Under the pieces are notes generated by a model that searched no databases, had not been told where the DNA came from, and saw only the letters and a list, made by a program, of their open reading frames with translations. 64,000 nt of DNA from the NCBI GenBank assembly GCA_951406725.2, contig OX597823.1:19592001-19656000 (forward strand). Reading direction: 5' to 3'. Positions 63,749-64,000 of this stretch are shown here, piece by piece (positions within the stretch are counted from its first letter, which is position 1; each line of letters opens with the position of its first letter). The DNA is from Octopus vulgaris. Its lineage: Eukaryota. The translations under genes were made by a program, and so were the position numbers.

Positions 63749-64000
63749 TGTTTGTGTGTGTTGCAATACTTTCAAAAGTTTTGAAAGACAGACACCCCAT
63801 ACAGAAAAAGTGTGTGCTGTATATACTGTATGTGAGATATACATATACAGATTTAATACACTACACGTAGAGATATGCGTGTATAATAAACATACTACAT
63901 AAAATAAAGATTGATACATGTTTTAAATATAAAAAAGCAAAGGTATTACGTGAAGAGGGGGATGGAGGTGACGACGGCAAATATCGCCATTAATGACAGA

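Noticed and set aside
63105-63919. S/L/H/T-rich ORFs of ~230 aa
   Set aside because: Translation of the GA/GT compound array.

Overview
Repeat-saturated, AT-rich, non-coding eukaryotic DNA, most likely octopus or another coleoid cephalopod (inferred from the SINE repertoire and dense TA/CA microsatellites). I found no intact host protein-coding exon, and every ORF over 150 aa is a simple-repeat or low-complexity artefact. The window contains: (i) dozens of SINE copies from at least four families (labelled A-D here); (ii) DNA transposons: a full-length decayed Tc1-like element with DD36E spacing, a maT/DD37D remnant, a Tc1 HTH fragment, Merlin-type MITEs with 8-bp TSDs, piggyBac non-autonomous elements, hAT MITEs, Tc2- and Tigger-like MITEs, three non-autonomous Helitrons and a Helitron PIF1 helicase fragment; (iii) LINE remnants (CR1, RTE) and an (AAT)n-flanked element; (iv) several short elements carrying hammerhead-ribozyme cores in TA microsatellites, probably Penelope-derived or retrozyme-like. 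One of these is a fold-back whose two arms together reconstruct a canonical minimal hammerhead. Other notable signals are an inverted copy of nearby DNA inserted inside a SINE and a CpG-decay boundary near 49.7 kb suggesting a methylated/unmethylated domain border. All calls were made by eye, and boundaries of degenerate repeats are approximate.
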